Source: a virus. From it: DNA of 64,000 bases. Position numbers and translations under genes: made by a program. The stretch's first letter is position 1, and each line of letters opens with the position of its first letter. The notes under the pieces are model-generated. The model did no database searches and was not told the DNA's origin. It saw nothing but the letters and a program-made list of their open reading frames with translations. This document shows, one piece after another, positions 17,922 to 27,536 of this stretch. The DNA lies in the IMG/VR virus record IMGVR_UViG_3300044675_001894, positions 32,858 to 96,857 of that record, one strand, 5' to 3'.

Positions 17922-17932
17922 GAGGGCACAAC

Positions 17933-18229
17933 ATGGGAACAATTAATGCACTAGGCATGGCGGAAGCCGTGGAAGACGGAATGATTGAACTGCGTCAGGC
18001 GCTCGCATGGCACCTGCAAAGCAATCACTATCCAGCAGTACCACTGAACATGGTTGATCCATGTGTTATTGCAATTCAGTTAGTCACCGAAGGTGAGCAC
18101 GACAGCAATGTCTCGCTCCCCGACGGAATCTTGTGGCGAGGTCAGCCAGTTGCTCCAGCGTGGGCAGTTGTAGACGCACACCACCTTGAATCATTCATTG
18201 ACATCAGCGAAGAAGAATGGGGTTTCTAA
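17933..18229 (+). CDS. early hypothetical protein
   Basis: Variant RBS hairpin GCCTT-TAGG-AGGGC. Confidence 0.75.
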   Translation: MGTINALGMAEAVEDGMIELRQALAWHLQSNHYPAVPLNMVDPCVIAIQLVTEGEHDSNVSLPDGILWRGQPVAPAWAVVDAHHLESFIDISEEEWGF

Positions 18230-18780
18230 TGAGCGAAGAAACAGTAAACAAATGTTGTGAGTGCGAGGAGATCGTGGACACCGAAGGTGACTTCGGCTGG
18301 AGCACCGTCAAAGAGGATTACCTCTGCTGGGGTTGCTACGAGTCAGATCAGAACCACGCTTCAACTTTGCAGGTCATTGATGATGGTGCAGTACTCAAGT
18401 ACTACATCGGAGATCATGTACGCATGGATGAATACGGCGATGACATGTTTCGTACCAACATCACGGTCAATCGTGAGTATGTGCACTCCAGTGCATGGCG
18501 TGGTTACTACAACACCACGATTGAAGGCTGGACACAGGTCATGGATGGCTGGACAACGGGAGGCTGGGATGACCCAATCGCTCAACGTAAGCAGACATTC
18601 AATGAATGGGCTGAGTCATTAGTGACAGGTGACTTGGTACCGCCCGTTCCTGTAGCCATCGTGGCTGACCCCACGAGCAATGTGTTCAGCATGGGCATCT
18701 CGGTGCTCACACCTGAGCCAGCCAAACTCAAGGAATGGATCAACGGAGACTTTGACAAACTTTACGGAGCACTGTCATGA
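18229..18780 (+). CDS. zinc-finger-containing hypothetical protein
   Basis: CCEC...CWGC; TAATG coupling. Confidence 0.75.
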   Translation: MSEETVNKCCECEEIVDTEGDFGWSTVKEDYLCWGCYESDQNHASTLQVIDDGAVLKYYIGDHVRMDEYGDDMFRTNITVNREYVHSSAWRGYYNTTIEGWTQVMDGWTTGGWDDPIAQRKQTFNEWAESLVTGDLVPPVPVAIVADPTSNVFSMGISVLTPEPAKLKEWINGDFDKLYGALS

Positions 18781-19061
18781 GAGACTACACAAAGACCAAC
18801 AACAGGATCACAGGAGCGTTCTATGTGTACCTTGCGGTTCTTGTAACAGTATTCGTAGTAGTACTGTTCCGAGATTATGTAGAGCGCATGGACTCGTATG
18901 TCTGCAACACAAAGCAACACACCGTGACATACGGGGAGAGCCTGTGGGAGATCGCTCAGAGCAACTGCTCAGGCAATATCCGATCAGCCGTAGATGACCT
19001 CGTAGACACCTACGGGTCAACCATCCAAAACGGGCAGGTCATTGACCTTCCCACAAAATAG
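18777..19061 (+). CDS. membrane-anchored LysM-domain protein
   Basis: TM segment, then HTVTYGESLWEIA...IQNGQVIDLP. Confidence 0.8.
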   Translation: MRDYTKTNNRITGAFYVYLAVLVTVFVVVLFRDYVERMDSYVCNTKQHTVTYGESLWEIAQSNCSGNIRSAVDDLVDTYGSTIQNGQVIDLPTK

Positions 19062-19070
19062 AAATAGAAG

Positions 19071-19099
19071 TTGCAATTCCCAATCCACGGAGGTAGTTT
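19071..19099 (+). promoter_or_regulatory. sigma70-type promoter
   Basis: TTGCAA-17 nt-TAGTTT upstream of the DUF932 gene. Confidence 0.55.
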
Positions 19100-19150
19100 T
19101 ATCTCAGTGGTACAACAAATCAAATAAGTCAAACAACAAGGAGAAATAAC

Positions 19151-20176
19151 ATGTCAAGAGAAACCAGCCAGTGGCTCAACCAGAACGTTCTGGTGGGCTT
19201 CACATCCAAGCGTGGAAATGCATGGCACTACAAGGCAACTGAACAAGGAACCGAGCCAAACCATTATGAGCAGGCGATCCCTGTTGAAGATGTGCGCAGG
19301 CGTTTGTTCAACTGGCAGGCTGTTGAAGCACCAGTGTTCGTTCAAGTTCCTGACAACGCTGGAGTCAACCGTTACATTGCGCAGAATGACCGCAAGGCAA
19401 TTGTTCGCAACGACACCTATGAGACTCTCGGTCTCTTCAAGGACTCGTATCAGATCCACCAGTACAACGAGTGGTTGATCGGAACCATCAGCAACATCAT
19501 TGATGACAGCAACCTTCAGATCGGCTCTGCGGGCTTGCTCCGCAACGGTGGAGTTGCTTGGGTCAGCATTGAGATGCCTGAGACAGTTCAGACCAAGGCG
19601 GGCTTTGAGTTCCGTCCTCACCTACTCGGAACTACGAGCCACAACGGCACACTTGCCACCACCTTCAAGCGCACAGTCACCGCTGTGGTGTGTGACAACA
19701 CGCTTGCTGGAGCACTTGGTGAGAGCGGATCAGAGTTCAAGACCCGTCACAGCAAGTTCAGCAACGGACGCATCCAAGACATCCGTGATGCTCTCGGAAT
19801 CATCCACACCATGGCAGACGAAGTCAGCCTTGAGATTGAGCGCTTGTCATCATTGACAGTCACCCAGTCTGAATGGGATGCCATCGTTGACCGCTTGGTG
19901 CCAGTGAGTATCACTGATGATGCTCGCCCTCAAGCCGTGAGCCGTGCTCAGAACAAGCAAGAGTTGATCCGTCACCTCTACAAGAATGACCCACGCTGTG
20001 CTCCATGGGTTGGTACCCAACTCGGAGTGTTGCAGGCATTCAACACATGGACTCACCACTTCAGTGGCAAGGACGAGTCCCGTGTAGAGCGCAACGCAAT
20101 GAATGCACTCAACGGCAAGACCGATGAGTTTGACCGTCAGGTGCTTCGCATCATGAATGACGTGGTACTCGTATGA
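19151..20176 (+). CDS. DUF932 family protein
   Basis: AWH, SAG.LRNG, TSHNGT and VVCDNTL. Confidence 0.88.
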   Translation: MSRETSQWLNQNVLVGFTSKRGNAWHYKATEQGTEPNHYEQAIPVEDVRRRLFNWQAVEAPVFVQVPDNAGVNRYIAQNDRKAIVRNDTYETLGLFKDSYQIHQYNEWLIGTISNIIDDSNLQIGSAGLLRNGGVAWVSIEMPETVQTKAGFEFRPHLLGTTSHNGTLATTFKRTVTAVVCDNTLAGALGESGSEFKTRHSKFSNGRIQDIRDALGIIHTMADEVSLEIERLSSLTVTQSEWDAIVDRLVPVSITDDARPQAVSRAQNKQELIRHLYKNDPRCAPWVGTQLGVLQAFNTWTHHFSGKDESRVERNAMNALNGKTDEFDRQVLRIMNDVVLV

Positions 20177-20565
20177 CCGAAGCGCTGGTGGGGGAGCAAT
20201 CCCCCACCTATGCTCGGGACACCGAATACACAGCCTTACCATTCCCCGAAGTGATGGCGGAATGGAGATCGCAAGCCAAGTGCAAAGATGAAGACGGATC
20301 ACTGTGGTTTGCCAGCAAGCCGAAAGGCATTAACAACTCATCCATCAAAGGAAGAATTGTTAACAGCCGTAGGAAGCGGGCACAGCGTATTTGTAAAGTG
20401 TGTCCTGTTCAGTATGAATGCCTGCGCTACGCCGTCTTGAATGACTTCAGGGATGGCATATGGGCTGGTTATGAAATGGATGACCTCACACATACAGACC
20501 GTCAAGTACTTCGTCAGCGTATTAAACGAGCAGAACGAAAGTTAAGTAAGACTGTCAATAAGTGA
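20173..20565 (+). CDS. whiB: WhiB-family transcription factor
   Basis: W...A.C...ICKVCPVQYECL.YA.....GIWAG. Confidence 0.85.
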   Translation: MTEALVGEQSPTYARDTEYTALPFPEVMAEWRSQAKCKDEDGSLWFASKPKGINNSSIKGRIVNSRRKRAQRICKVCPVQYECLRYAVLNDFRDGIWAGYEMDDLTHTDRQVLRQRIKRAERKLSKTVNK

Positions 20566-21615
20566 ACTGAGGCGGTGTGCTCCGAGGCTGATGTCTCGTG
20601 AGCGCACCGCTTCTAGTAAAGCCTCTCCCTCGTCTGCTCGCCTGACTGGATCCCGAAGATCCTTCAGATGCTTGAGCCACTGCGATGGTTTACTCGCAGT
20701 ACGACCAATCCCCCAACTCTTACGCAAGCCCTCATACGCTGATAGCGATGAACCAATCCATGGAATGCCCGAGGCTGAGTACTCCAGCAACTTGATGTCG
20801 CTCTTGGCATGGTTGAATGGTGTGTCACGCAATGGTGCGATACCCACGTCCATGGTCAGCAGAGATGGGTACTCCCTAGCGTCTACAGCATTTAGAACGC
20901 TTACTTGATCTTCGTGAAGTCCAAGTTTGCTGGCAACAGATACTGCATGTGCATAATGCCCACTATGTTGAAACTTAATATCGTTATTAGCAAGCAAAGG
21001 GTTGATAACCCCCTTCATAATCTCTAAGTCACTGGAGCGATGGCTCGTGGCTCCCACCCAACCAACTACAGGAACAGAACTATCGGTGTGCACATGCGGA
21101 GTAAACCGTGCGATGTCTACGGTGTTCTCCAGCACAATGATCGGACAACGAACGAAGGACTTAATGCGATCAGCAAGGTACTGCGTGGACACTGTGACCA
21201 TATCGCTGGAAGCAATCACCTTCTTGTAATGGTCTCGGTTCTCTTTTGGGTTTGTCTTTGGGTGCGAGGAATTGAATGCGTCATTGGTTGGATCAAGACC
21301 CCAGTACCAATCGTCTAGGTCATTCACTACTATCTGACCAACGGAACGAGCCTTATAGATGTGATCGGCAAGCGAATCGTGCATGAGGCGTTGCATGATA
21401 ATCATGTCAACTTCCTGTAGTTCTTCGTACTGGTCACGAATGAGGAAGCGATCATCCTTCCATGTCAACACGCCTGTGAACACTTCTTTCTCCAAGTGCT
21501 CTAACCATTCAACGTACTGACCAAAGCGTGCCCATCCCGAGCCACCCCAATGCTCTAATCCATCTTTGGATTTCAATGCTGGCAGGTAGTCTCCACTAGC
21601 AAACCCAACCCTCAC
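20542..21615 (-). CDS. glycosyltransferase (GT-B, family 4-like)
   Basis: DLDDW, VGWVGA and DVGIAPL...FN.AKSDIKLLEYSASGIP. Confidence 0.88.
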   Translation of the reverse strand: MRVGFASGDYLPALKSKDGLEHWGGSGWARFGQYVEWLEHLEKEVFTGVLTWKDDRFLIRDQYEELQEVDMIIMQRLMHDSLADHIYKARSVGQIVVNDLDDWYWGLDPTNDAFNSSHPKTNPKENRDHYKKVIASSDMVTVSTQYLADRIKSFVRCPIIVLENTVDIARFTPHVHTDSSVPVVGWVGATSHRSSDLEIMKGVINPLLANNDIKFQHSGHYAHAVSVASKLGLHEDQVSVLNAVDAREYPSLLTMDVGIAPLRDTPFNHAKSDIKLLEYSASGIPWIGSSLSAYEGLRKSWGIGRTASKPSQWLKHLKDLRDPVRRADEGEALLEAVRSRDISLGAHRLSSLIDSLT

Positions 21616-21749
21616 TTCTTCTCCACCATTTCTACAGTGAGGCTGGTGTGCTTTTCAGGGTTAGTACACGTTGGTGGCACCGATGGCTTTACATACACGG
21701 TGACGACCTTCCCACACTGTGGGCATTCGTAGTGTCGCTTGTCGCTCAT
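21612..21749 (-). CDS. small zinc-ribbon protein (45 aa)
   Basis: Hand-translated MSDKRHYECPQCGK...PTCTNPEKH; coupled on both sides. Confidence 0.6.
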   Translation of the reverse strand: MSDKRHYECPQCGKVVTVYVKPSVPPTCTNPEKHTSLTVEMVEKK

Positions 21750-21955
21750 TGTTGTGCCACCTTCCATGGACGCCACTCAGCAAGGAATGCCTGAATGTCA
21801 CGCTTATCCCAAATTGGTGTTGATGCCAAGTTTGCGATTGGTTGTGGAAACTTCTTCTGCTTACGCAGTGCATGGATGCGCTGTTTGGTTACTCCAAGAA
21901 TTACAGCGATCTCGCTAGTGCCTGCTAAGTGTTCGGGTTGTAGTTGATTTGTCAT
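21746..21955 (-). CDS. AlpA/excisionase-like HTH protein
   Basis: EIAVILGVTKQRI....FPQP....PIW. Confidence 0.8.
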   Translation of the reverse strand: MTNQLQPEHLAGTSEIAVILGVTKQRIHALRKQKKFPQPIANLASTPIWDKRDIQAFLAEWRPWKVAQQ

Positions 21956-21987
21956 GTTTACATCCTACCTTGTTGTGTACGTTGTTG

Positions 21988-22485
21988 CTACAAACTCCAG
22001 TGACCAAGTCCTCCGTTGTCATACAGATACTTCGCTACCGACAGGTTGCAATCCACATTGAATAATCCTTTTATTTCTGTCCCGCATATGTTCCTCGTGA
22101 CCGTTTTCCATGAGGAATTAATCTGTACGAGTCCAAGGTCTTGTGAGCCGTTTTTGTTTAGAGTGCGGTTCCAAGCATTTACGTTGCACCGACTTTCTCT
22201 ATACGAGATGTACGAAAATGCAACTACTGGCAAGCCATACTCACGGAACTTGTCTTCCCATTGCGGGCATCGCTTTGTTGGGTCTTTCGGTATTCCTTTA
22301 GGCACTACCACCTCTTCGGGTGCCAATTCCTTTGCATTTACTACCTCAAGTGCTACCGACTGCACTAGTGGGGTTAATTGAACTGTTGTTACTTCGGGCG
22401 TTGGTGATTGTGAGGAAATCCCAAGTACCAATGTCATTATTGAGTACAGGATTGTCCCCGCTACTACTAGCGTGCGATCTAACAA
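21988..22485 (-). CDS. secreted lytic transglycosylase (lysozyme-like)
   Basis: RESRC, DLGLVQIN and N...AKYLY; N-terminal TM/signal. Confidence 0.8.
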   Translation of the reverse strand: MLDRTLVVAGTILYSIMTLVLGISSQSPTPEVTTVQLTPLVQSVALEVVNAKELAPEEVVVPKGIPKDPTKRCPQWEDKFREYGLPVVAFSYISYRESRCNVNAWNRTLNKNGSQDLGLVQINSSWKTVTRNICGTEIKGLFNVDCNLSVAKYLYDNGGLGHWSL

Positions 22486-22517
22486 TATTCTTCTCCTTGA
22501 TAGGCGGATAAAGCAAA

Positions 22518-22555
22518 ACGCCCACAGGATTCTGTGAAGAACTCTATGGGCGTTA
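22518..22555 (-). terminator. hairpin (terminator or 5' leader stem)
   Basis: AACGCCCATAGAGTTCT-loop-AGAATCCTGTGGGCGTT followed by TTGCTTT on the minus strand. Confidence 0.45.
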
Positions 22556-22574
22556 CCCTTCTAGTTTACAGGTG

Positions 22575-22991
22575 TTAAGGCTGAATCAACCTAAACTTAA
22601 GCATCTCTAAATCAATCTCTTTGTCACCCATCTTAGGAATCTCTTCAATATTTATTTTATTAATCTCTGCTGACTCTGCTTCCGCACACTCATTACAGCG
22701 ACAACCTTGTCTGTAACGCACCCAGGTGCCATGTTGACGCATGATGCTCGCTTTAGGATGCTCTACAGTGAGCGCTGTTCGCTCTTGTGGTGTGAGACCG
22801 CCCCACATTCCCCACTTCTCATCCACCCCATCGTCTAAACATTCTTTCCACACAGGACATTGGCGACATACTGCTTTAGAAATTATGTAGTAATTATCTG
22901 GTACGTCAGTGTCTAGCGGTGGGTACCAAAGGTCAATGGCTCGGTCTTTGCAAAGTGCGTCAACACGCCAGTCCTCTGCGAACTGTGGCAA
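22575..22991 (-). CDS. whiB: WhiB-family transcription factor with extra C-terminal zinc motif
   Basis: ALC...VCRQCPVWKECL....GMWGGLTPQER; HGT...Y..GCRC.EC. Confidence 0.88.
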   Translation of the reverse strand: MPQFAEDWRVDALCKDRAIDLWYPPLDTDVPDNYYIISKAVCRQCPVWKECLDDGVDEKWGMWGGLTPQERTALTVEHPKASIMRQHGTWVRYRQGCRCNECAEAESAEINKINIEEIPKMGDKEIDLEMLKFRLIQP

Positions 22992-23426
22992 TTAAAACTC
23001 TTCCGTTGGAACTTCATCGTGGATGCGCTTGTCACGAATCGGACGAATGGTGTTTTCAATAGCGGTGTATATCGCTGTACTCATGCGTTCTACTTGCTCA
23101 TTCATCTTTTCAATCTGTCCGAGAAGGGCAACAACCTCACCTGACAGGCGTTTGTTTTCTACAGCCAATTGAAGGATATTGTCCCAGTTGTCTAGCAAAA
23201 TCTCTGCCATGGACAACTCAGCCTGAGCCGAGAACTCTTCCAATGTAGGTGTTGTTTCTTGCTTTACAATCTGTGGAATCATGCTGAGGGCGTACGACAT
23301 ACGCTTGCGCTCACGTTCTAGTTCCTGTGCCATCGTCCAATGGTTCGGTTCACTAGGGTTATAGATGTAGCGTGGGTCTTTTTTTGACATCCACTCATTG
23401 TAATAGTCGTGGTTGTTGTGCATCAT
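22992..23426 (-). CDS. coiled-coil hypothetical protein
   Basis: Coupled ORF. Confidence 0.65.
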   Translation of the reverse strand: MMHNNHDYYNEWMSKKDPRYIYNPSEPNHWTMAQELERERKRMSYALSMIPQIVKQETTPTLEEFSAQAELSMAEILLDNWDNILQLAVENKRLSGEVVALLGQIEKMNEQVERMSTAIYTAIENTIRPIRDKRIHDEVPTEEF

Positions 23427-23797
23427 TGAAGACCCTCTTCCTGCACTTCGCAATCCCAACCGCAGGCTCCGTAACCAATAGCGTCAGTCCAGTGGTCACG
23501 CTTTTCAGGAGTCCACGAGAGTCGGGCGATCTTAAGAAGCATCATCATTACAGCAACGTCATGTGGTTTGATCTGCACTTCTTGACGGCGGTCAATGATG
23601 CGCCGAAGGTAAGTGCTCCACAAGTCCCCTGTGGTGGCAAAGTCATCAATTGGATCGCCGTAATCGGCGTCTCGGACACCATTTACTAGGTGATCGGCTT
23701 CCGCCAAGATGTTGGTACGGTTGGTGGGATTACTAGTCATGGTGCACCTCGCTGTTGGGTTGCGGGAATTATAGAGGTGCGTGAGCGGTTCTGTCAA
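23423..23797 (-). CDS. DUF6378-like protein
   Basis: IL.EA..LV.G.R..DYG.P..., VA.MM.LLKIAR and D.W.D..GY. Confidence 0.8.
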   Translation of the reverse strand: MTEPLTHLYNSRNPTARCTMTSNPTNRTNILAEADHLVNGVRDADYGDPIDDFATTGDLWSTYLRRIIDRRQEVQIKPHDVAVMMMLLKIARLSWTPEKRDHWTDAIGYGACGWDCEVQEEGLQ

Positions 23798-25230
23798 TTA
23801 TCTTCGGATAGATCCAAGATATCTGAGTACATGGAATTGGTCGCATTTGGTCCCATTCCGCCACCTTCTAGCATGCGATTGGATTCTCCAGCCTTGGCTC
23901 CAAATAATCTAGATAAAACTCCGCTGGATCCTCGTGCTTCCATCTCTAAACGGATGGTGTCACGGGTGTCTGAGATGTTCTTGAAACGGTCAATCAAGTT
24001 GAACAAGCGATCCATTTCGTTGGACAACGCTGGGTCAAGACCTTGACCTTCTAGTTCTTCAGCAAAGCGAGCGAACATCACACGACCTACTTGCATCTCT
24101 AACAGGGCACGCATCGCCGCCTGTAATTGATCCTTTGTGCGTATCTCAATCGGCAAGTTAAATGCGCATTCTGTGTTTTCTTTAAATGAAGGACATCTAC
24201 TGCTCAAATAGCAATTATTGCATTGGCGTAAAGGGTTCGCATTGTAACGAATTACGTTCACTTTTTCAGGGTCAATTTCTATTGATTCCCCTTGATTATC
24301 AACGGTTTGTGAGCCAAAGGAGGTGATCGTTTCCATACCCATTACTGGTAGCAATACACGGTCACTCTCGTGCCGCTTGTTTGGTACGTTGATAGCAATA
24401 GATGACCCCCCTGAAACCGCTAAAGTGGGGGTATGTGGTTTAGGGTCAATAGCAATTATTGACCCATCTTCAGTACTACTGATCTCTTGCTCGTCATCGT
24501 CATTCATAGGGTCATAGCCCCCAAAAGTATGGGTCTCCCACTGGCGCCATGAAGCGATAGCGAGGGTACCGATTGCGGATACGTTGTCATCCATTACAGC
24601 ATCAAAGTCAATACCGAGTCGGATGATGTCCGCTCGGTGCTTCTTTCGTGAAGACTCTTTCTGTTGTGCTGGGTATCGGCGCAAGCCGTGACCGTCCCAC
24701 ACCTGTGTCTCGCCGTAACGGATAGCGCTCGTCCATGATCCCACGATTACGGTGTCCCATGGGATGCGCTCAATCAGATCGGGCTTAGATGTAATGCCGA
24801 CTAACTTGGCACTCCAGCGCTGTTGTATGGACGCTATGCGCCCCACATTGCGTCCTGTGACCGCCTTGTCGCTGATCGCAGCACGACCGTACTTCTGGCA
24901 CAGCCATGTCAGGCGCTCCAGATCTTGCTCGTCATTCCATAGCGGGTAGTACTTATCACCCAGCCATGTCCCGTCATACTCAGGACGCCCAATCACAATA
25001 TGTATATTATCTGCGTGATCCCGTACGAACTGATCAAATCGGCTTGTGTCCTCATCGTTCTCGGATGTGTACACAATGACCTCGCCACCTCCGAAGAGCA
25101 CGCTGAGGTCTAGTTCTTTCTTCTTGGGGATCGGAAAGTGGGTCAGGTTGATGGCATGACGCTCTACCCCAGCGTCAATGAGCATCTTCCGATACGTCCC
25201 CTTTTCCGCTCCGCCAAAGAAGACTTTCAT
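23794..25230 (-). CDS. two-domain hypothetical protein (enzyme-like N-terminus, Cys4 C-terminal domain)
   Basis: 478 aa; acidic linker; CNNC....RC.......C. Confidence 0.75.
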   Translation of the reverse strand: MKVFFGGAEKGTYRKMLIDAGVERHAINLTHFPIPKKKELDLSVLFGGGEVIVYTSENDEDTSRFDQFVRDHADNIHIVIGRPEYDGTWLGDKYYPLWNDEQDLERLTWLCQKYGRAAISDKAVTGRNVGRIASIQQRWSAKLVGITSKPDLIERIPWDTVIVGSWTSAIRYGETQVWDGHGLRRYPAQQKESSRKKHRADIIRLGIDFDAVMDDNVSAIGTLAIASWRQWETHTFGGYDPMNDDDEQEISSTEDGSIIAIDPKPHTPTLAVSGGSSIAINVPNKRHESDRVLLPVMGMETITSFGSQTVDNQGESIEIDPEKVNVIRYNANPLRQCNNCYLSSRCPSFKENTECAFNLPIEIRTKDQLQAAMRALLEMQVGRVMFARFAEELEGQGLDPALSNEMDRLFNLIDRFKNISDTRDTIRLEMEARGSSGVLSRLFGAKAGESNRMLEGGGMGPNATNSMYSDILDLSEDN

Positions 25231-25481
25231 TCGTTTGAAGGAAGTTCTTCCCAGCCAGCCTTACGCCATACTGACGGGCTGTGGTTCTGCTCTACGAGCA
25301 TCGCTTCAAGATCATCTACATAAAGACGCAAGATGTGAATGCAAGGGTCATCGCCCTCGTCCCATGCGCTGTCTTCGTCCTCGGTGGATGGTAACCCGTC
25401 ATGTGTTGAACACACAGGAGGACCGACCCACTTATTCTCTAATCCCATTTTAAGCCATGAGTCAAAATCCAATTTAGACAT
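25227..25481 (-). CDS. hypothetical protein
   Basis: C.THDG.P...GDDPC.H..R; coupled. Confidence 0.7.
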   Translation of the reverse strand: MSKLDFDSWLKMGLENKWVGPPVCSTHDGLPSTEDEDSAWDEGDDPCIHILRLYVDDLEAMLVEQNHSPSVWRKAGWEELPSNE

Positions 25482-25956
25482 CGCCCCAATTCCTTTCCGC
25501 TCTTGCAAGAGCCTGCTTCTCGGTTTCTTCTACAATATCGCCCCACTCTTTCTTAAAGCGGGACTCAGACCATTCAGGTCTAACGGTGTGTGGCACCGTC
25601 ATTAGCAGTGTAGGGATTCCGTTATGGGCTACACGGGCTATGACATTCGGGTCAACGTCAATGTACCAGTTGATGCGTCCATAAACAGCATGCAGATTAC
25701 TAATTCTTGCGACCTTGGCTTCAACAGTGTTTTCAGGAATAAAATCAACCGTTGATGCTTTAAAGTTTTCACGCTTCAACCAACTAAGCAAACCCTCTTG
25801 GTTTTCTACACCATGAGCAAACACCACCATTCGTCCGCTGTATGCGGGGAACAGTGTGTTCCATAGTTTCCGACCCTCAGGTGTTGGTTGTCTTGCTCCG
25901 ACATCATCACTTACTGGGCTAGGTACCGAAAGGACATCTAGCGACAGGATAATCAT
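25474..25956 (-). CDS. HAD-like fold protein (degenerate)
   Basis: IILSLDVL start and YIDVDP. Confidence 0.5.
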   Translation of the reverse strand: MIILSLDVLSVPSPVSDDVGARQPTPEGRKLWNTLFPAYSGRMVVFAHGVENQEGLLSWLKRENFKASTVDFIPENTVEAKVARISNLHAVYGRINWYIDVDPNVIARVAHNGIPTLLMTVPHTVRPEWSESRFKKEWGDIVEETEKQALARAERNWGDV

Positions 25957-26420
25957 CAGTCGTAAAGACCCAACTCAATTCGTTGACGGTGCGTGTAGTA
26001 CTCGGCGGCTGGGCAGTACATGCAGAGATACTGGCGTTTATCTTTAGGAACACCAACCTTGCGACCGACTGTCTTGTCGTCCGCACACCAGTCAAGACAA
26101 CCTTGCTTAGGTCGGTTGTGTCGGTTAAAGCACTTGAGTGCATCTACCTTTAACTCGTCACGAGTGTCACGGATGTAGACGTCATTCTTTTCTAGTTCAC
26201 CCTTGACGGCTGTCTCGGTGTCTAGTTTCTTGGCGGTCTCTTCATCTGTGCGGAAGATGATGGCGTTACAGTCTTGTGGGTTTGGCACCTGTGCGTTGTG
26301 GCGATCGCAGAGTTCACGCAACTCTTGGTCGTACTCTGCTGGTCCGTCATACGGCTTCATCTTGTACATAACGCCGTGTGTTTTGCATACCAAAAGACGG
26401 TGTGCTTGATCATTAGCCAT
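25956..26420 (-). CDS. Cys-rich hypothetical protein
   Basis: CKTH, CF.RH..P..GC.DW and LCMYCP; AGGAG SD. Confidence 0.75.
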   Translation of the reverse strand: MANDQAHRLLVCKTHGVMYKMKPYDGPAEYDQELRELCDRHNAQVPNPQDCNAIIFRTDEETAKKLDTETAVKGELEKNDVYIRDTRDELKVDALKCFNRHNRPKQGCLDWCADDKTVGRKVGVPKDKRQYLCMYCPAAEYYTHRQRIELGLYD

Positions 26421-26461
26421 GTTGTGCTCCTAACTTCGGTCTAGCCGAAGCCTACTATAAA

Positions 26462-26647
26462 TTATTCCGTGTCTGTTCTGCCGTACAAAGGTTGCATAGT
26501 CAACAAGCCATCATTGCATGATTTACACAAATGGGCTGTGAGATGTTCAGGGCTTTCCTGCTCTGTATCGCAATGAACGCAGGTGCGCTTATAGTCCTTC
26601 TTATTGACCGAAGGGTTACCTCTAAACGCCCGATAGTCGGGACGCAT
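26462..26647 (-). CDS. small zinc-finger protein
   Basis: CVHC...CKSC. Confidence 0.55.
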   Translation of the reverse strand: MRPDYRAFRGNPSVNKKDYKRTCVHCDTEQESPEHLTAHLCKSCNDGLLTMQPLYGRTDTE

Positions 26648-26648
26648 G

Positions 26649-26852
26649 TTATTGGTGCAGGTGTGCTTCGGGAGCGTTAGCCAAAGGGGTGCGCTCTACT
26701 ATGCCGTATTGTGCTTGGAGTTCCATAGCACGCACTGAAGCGTCAGTTGGATCAAGGTCACCACCACGGTCTGGTGTGGTGCTCTTAAACTTACCGTCCT
26801 TGGCACCAAGGCGAAGGTCGTTGTTCATTGAGCGGGTTTCGTTTACAGCCAT
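26649..26852 (-). CDS. hypothetical protein
   Basis: Leaderless start after TAGGAT. Confidence 0.65.
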   Translation of the reverse strand: MAVNETRSMNNDLRLGAKDGKFKSTTPDRGGDLDPTDASVRAMELQAQYGIVERTPLANAPEAHLHQ

Positions 26853-26865
26853 AGTATTAATCCTA

Positions 26866-27534
26866 TCACGGTTTCTGGGTATTTAGAGATTCACGTATTT
26901 TGTTAATAGCGTCAGCGCCCATAGACCTACGTTGTGAGCGGGTCTTTGCTGGTGTTTTAGCAGGTGCAGTACGCTGTGCTTTCATCTGAGCCACTCCAGC
27001 AACAGCACTTTGTTGCAGTGGGGTCAATGGTGGGCGAGCAGGGGGAGGAGTTCCTGGTGCTGGGAACGCTTGGTTCTGCGATGGAGTTCCGAATGGTTGT
27101 ACTCCTGGCGCTGGTGGTGGCATTGCTTTACTAGGCAATGCTGGTGCAGGGGACTTTTGAAAAGCGGCTTGATATTGTGCTCGGTTAGCAAGTCCTACAT
27201 ACTGACTATAAAAGTTCTGACCAGCCTGCTGACTCTGTTGAGCCTGTTGGGCTTGTGCTTGACGGTTCAGGTTTCGGTTAACAAGCCCTTGTCCAATTGC
27301 ATTAACAGCATCGGCAGTAGCGCCTGGTTTGGTGCGGGTGTCACGGATTTCTCCGCCACGCCACGCCTGCTGTACGCCAGCATTTGGGGCTTGGTACTTA
27401 TTTTGCTGAGTGCGATTACCCTGCTTAAACTCACCCTGCATCCATGATGGTGTGCGGTTTAAGTAACTCGCATTCATTGACTGCCAGCGAGAGGTGCTTA
27501 AGTTACCAATGTAGTCACTGTCATTGTCAGCCAT
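26866..27534 (-). CDS. Gln/Pro/Ala-rich low-complexity protein
   Basis: 222 aa ORF. Confidence 0.7.
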   Translation of the reverse strand: MADNDSDYIGNLSTSRWQSMNASYLNRTPSWMQGEFKQGNRTQQNKYQAPNAGVQQAWRGGEIRDTRTKPGATADAVNAIGQGLVNRNLNRQAQAQQAQQSQQAGQNFYSQYVGLANRAQYQAAFQKSPAPALPSKAMPPPAPGVQPFGTPSQNQAFPAPGTPPPARPPLTPLQQSAVAGVAQMKAQRTAPAKTPAKTRSQRRSMGADAINKIRESLNTQKP

Positions 27535-27536
27535 AG

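Noticed and set aside
9335-20302. Many overlapping alternative-frame and antisense ORFs in the early region
   Set aside because: Shadows of GC-rich coding sequence; the plus-strand genes have RBSs and coupling.
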